Shown one piece after another: positions 8,606 to 10,396 of a stretch of DNA of 10,396 nt. Source of the stretch: Octopus sinensis. Its lineage: Eukaryota. Where the stretch lies: NCBI RefSeq assembly GCF_006345805.1, contig NW_021827403.1, positions 1-10,396 of the forward strand, given 5' to 3'. The position numbers and the translations under genes were made by a program. The notes below the pieces were generated by a model that had not been told where the DNA came from, searched no databases, and saw only the letters and a list, made by a program, of their open reading frames with translations. Within the stretch, counting starts at the first letter, position 1; each line of letters opens with the position of its first letter.

Positions 8606-9024
8606 TTATTCTTACTCTCTTTTACTCTTTTACTTGTTTCAGTAATTTGCCTGTGGCCATATTGGAGCACTGCCTTTAGTCGAGCAAATCGACCCCAGGG
8701 CTTATTCTTTGTAAGCGTAGTATTTATTCTATCGGTCACTTTATGCTGAACTGCTAAGTTACGGGGACGTAAAAACACCAGCATCGGTTGTCAAGCGATG
8801 TGGGGGGGGCAAAGACAGACACACAAACATATATATACACACACACATATATACATATATATGACGGGCTTGTTTCAGTTTTTGTCTACCAATTCCACTC
8901 ACAAGGCTTTGGTCGACCTGAGGCCATAGTAGAAGACACTTGCCCAAGGTGCCACGCAGTGGGAATGAACCCAGAACCATGTGGTTGGTAAGCAAGCTAC
9001 TTACCACACAGCCACTCCTATGCC
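8606..9024 (-). mobile_element. Full-length tRNA-derived SINE family A, copy A3, with a 9-bp TSD
   Basis: The minus strand reads GGCATAGGAGTGGCTGTGTGG...GGTTCATTCCC...ACCTTGGGCAAGT...CTCGACTAAAGGCAGTGCTCCAATATGGCC...(AAAAGAGT)n. TATTTGCAT occurs at 8597-8605 and 9025-9033. Confidence 0.93.
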
Positions 9025-9292
9025 TATTTGCATAAAATATAATAATGGTATCTTCCAGTTTTGTATACATAACTATAAAAGCAACAATTAATCACTTTTA
9101 TTCTTTACACTTATGGATTACATACTGAGAGTAGTAAACGTTTTTGTGTGTTATTACGAGGTCAGTAAGGTTAATTAATTGTGTTATAGTTAATTGTTGT
9201 GTCATTTGACACTTCTTTTTGCTGCCTCATGGCAGTTGTGTTGACATGTTTCTCCTTGGTTGAAGGAGGTAGCAGAGTGTCTTTAAAAAAAG

Positions 9293-10396
9293 ATGGAATA
9301 TGAAAGGTTGAGTTTGTCCGAGGATGAATTACTCCAAGCAATTGTTGAGATAGACAAGGAGGAGAAAAGAAGAATGAAGTTTGCGTTGGTAGCCAAAGGC
9401 CACAACATAGAAGTGAACATAGAGGAACTGGACAACTACAAGAATATGCTTCATAGGGAGGGGCACAACGTAAAGGTGTCCCCTCCCCAAGAAGTATTGC
9501 AGGAGGCCAAGAGTAGAATGACAACCTACATAACTTATTCTGTCAAAGCCCAGAGAATAAAACTAATGACAAATGGGCAAATTGAAAAGGTACTAAAACC
9601 TATCTGGTAGGAAATTTCCCACCCAGCCAGAGGGAGAAAATTCAGAATGGTAGAGGTGCAGTTCTGGATGAAGCTACAGCCAGACAACACTCGGTAACCC
9701 CACTGAAAATGGCTGAGGTAATTCTTCTGCCAATGGAAGCACTCCGTCGGTTACGACGATGAGGGTTCCGGTTGATCATCCAAATCAACGGAACAGCCTG
9801 CTCGTGAAATTAACGTGTAGTGGCTGAGCACTCCACAGACACATGTGACCCTTAACGTAGTTCTCGGGGATATTCAGCGTGACACAGAGAGTGACAAGGC
9901 TGGCCCTTTGAAATACAGGTACAACAACAGAAACAGGAAGTAAGAGTGAGAGGAAAGTTGTGGTGAAGAGTACAGCAGGATCACCACCATCCCCTGCCGG
10001 AGCCTCGTGGAGCTTTAGGTTTTTCGCTCAATAAACACTCACAACGCCCCAGTCTGGGAATCGAAACCGCGATCCTACGACCGCGAGTCCCACTGCCCTA
10101 ACCACTGGGCCATTGCGCCTCTTCTTTTTCTGCCAATATACCTTGGAAGGCATGCTTCCCAGGTGAGGGTAGAAGATATACTCACGGAGATAAATGTGGC
10201 CTGGCTGGGGGCAGCGATATTGCTGGGCATGGAGAATAAGATAGCTATCCTCCAAGCCACTAGCACTGTTCACAAGAATTGGCAGGGGCAGACCCTGAAT
10301 ATGGGGATTCAGGCAGCCCCAGAGGACCTCAAAAAGATGGTAGAAACCATAACAATTAACAATATTTGCTCAGGTTAGTGGGGAGGGCAGGACCCC
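9293..10396 (+). pseudogene. Degenerate ORF, probably a non-LTR retrotransposon ORF1 (L1/Tx1-like) remnant, split by a SINE and running off the window
   Basis: Coding-like, non-repetitive, purine-rich sequence. It has a premature TAG at 9608-9610, a 1-nt frameshift at about 9665 and the SINE at 9735-10121. The reading ...MAEVILLP|IYLGRHASQVRVEDIL... is continuous once the SINE and one TSD copy are removed. No RT or endonuclease motif is visible, so the family call is tentative. Confidence 0.5.
9735..10121 (-). mobile_element. Young full-length tRNA-derived SINE (second family) with a TSD
   Basis: A box TGGCCCAGTGG (10112-10102) and B-box-like GGTTTCGATTCC (10068-10057) on the minus strand. 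CpGs are intact. TTCTGCCAAT is duplicated at 9725-9734 and 10128-10137. Confidence 0.92.

Noticed and set aside
6249-9070. Many 60-160 aa ORFs overlapping SINEs and TA tracts
   Set aside because: They are translations of SINE bodies and microsatellites. Similar peptides recur between copies because the DNA is repeated.
9171-9524. 117-aa minus-strand ORF
   Set aside because: It is the antisense shadow of the + strand degenerate ORF and has no recognisable motif.
10045-10119. tRNA gene on the minus strand
   Set aside because: It has A/B boxes but no clean cloverleaf, and it continues into a SINE body with a TSD. It is a SINE head. The same applies to the heads at about 6500-6577, 7315-7385 and 8950-9024.

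Overview
AT-rich, microsatellite-dense eukaryotic DNA with no recognisable intact protein-coding gene. The repeat content looks like a coleoid cephalopod, probably an octopus (inferred from the SINE types and the very high TA/CATA/GAT microsatellite load; not verified by search). It contains three copies of a tRNA-headed SINE with a CORE-like motif, one full and one fragmentary copy of a second tRNA-headed SINE, four copies of a GC-rich (GAT)n-tailed retroposon, and a probable 3'-truncated non-autonomous Helitron. It also contains a 415-bp near-perfect palindrome, a Penelope-like fragment with a degenerate hammerhead-ribozyme fold, and a dead retrotransposon-like ORF split by a SINE with a target-site duplication (TSD). 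Most ORFs in the supplied track are microsatellite or SINE artefacts. I see no convincing new biological system. The best leads are the hammerhead-like motif, the long palindrome and the cluster of inverted repeats that could form dsRNA. All alignments and counts were done by eye.
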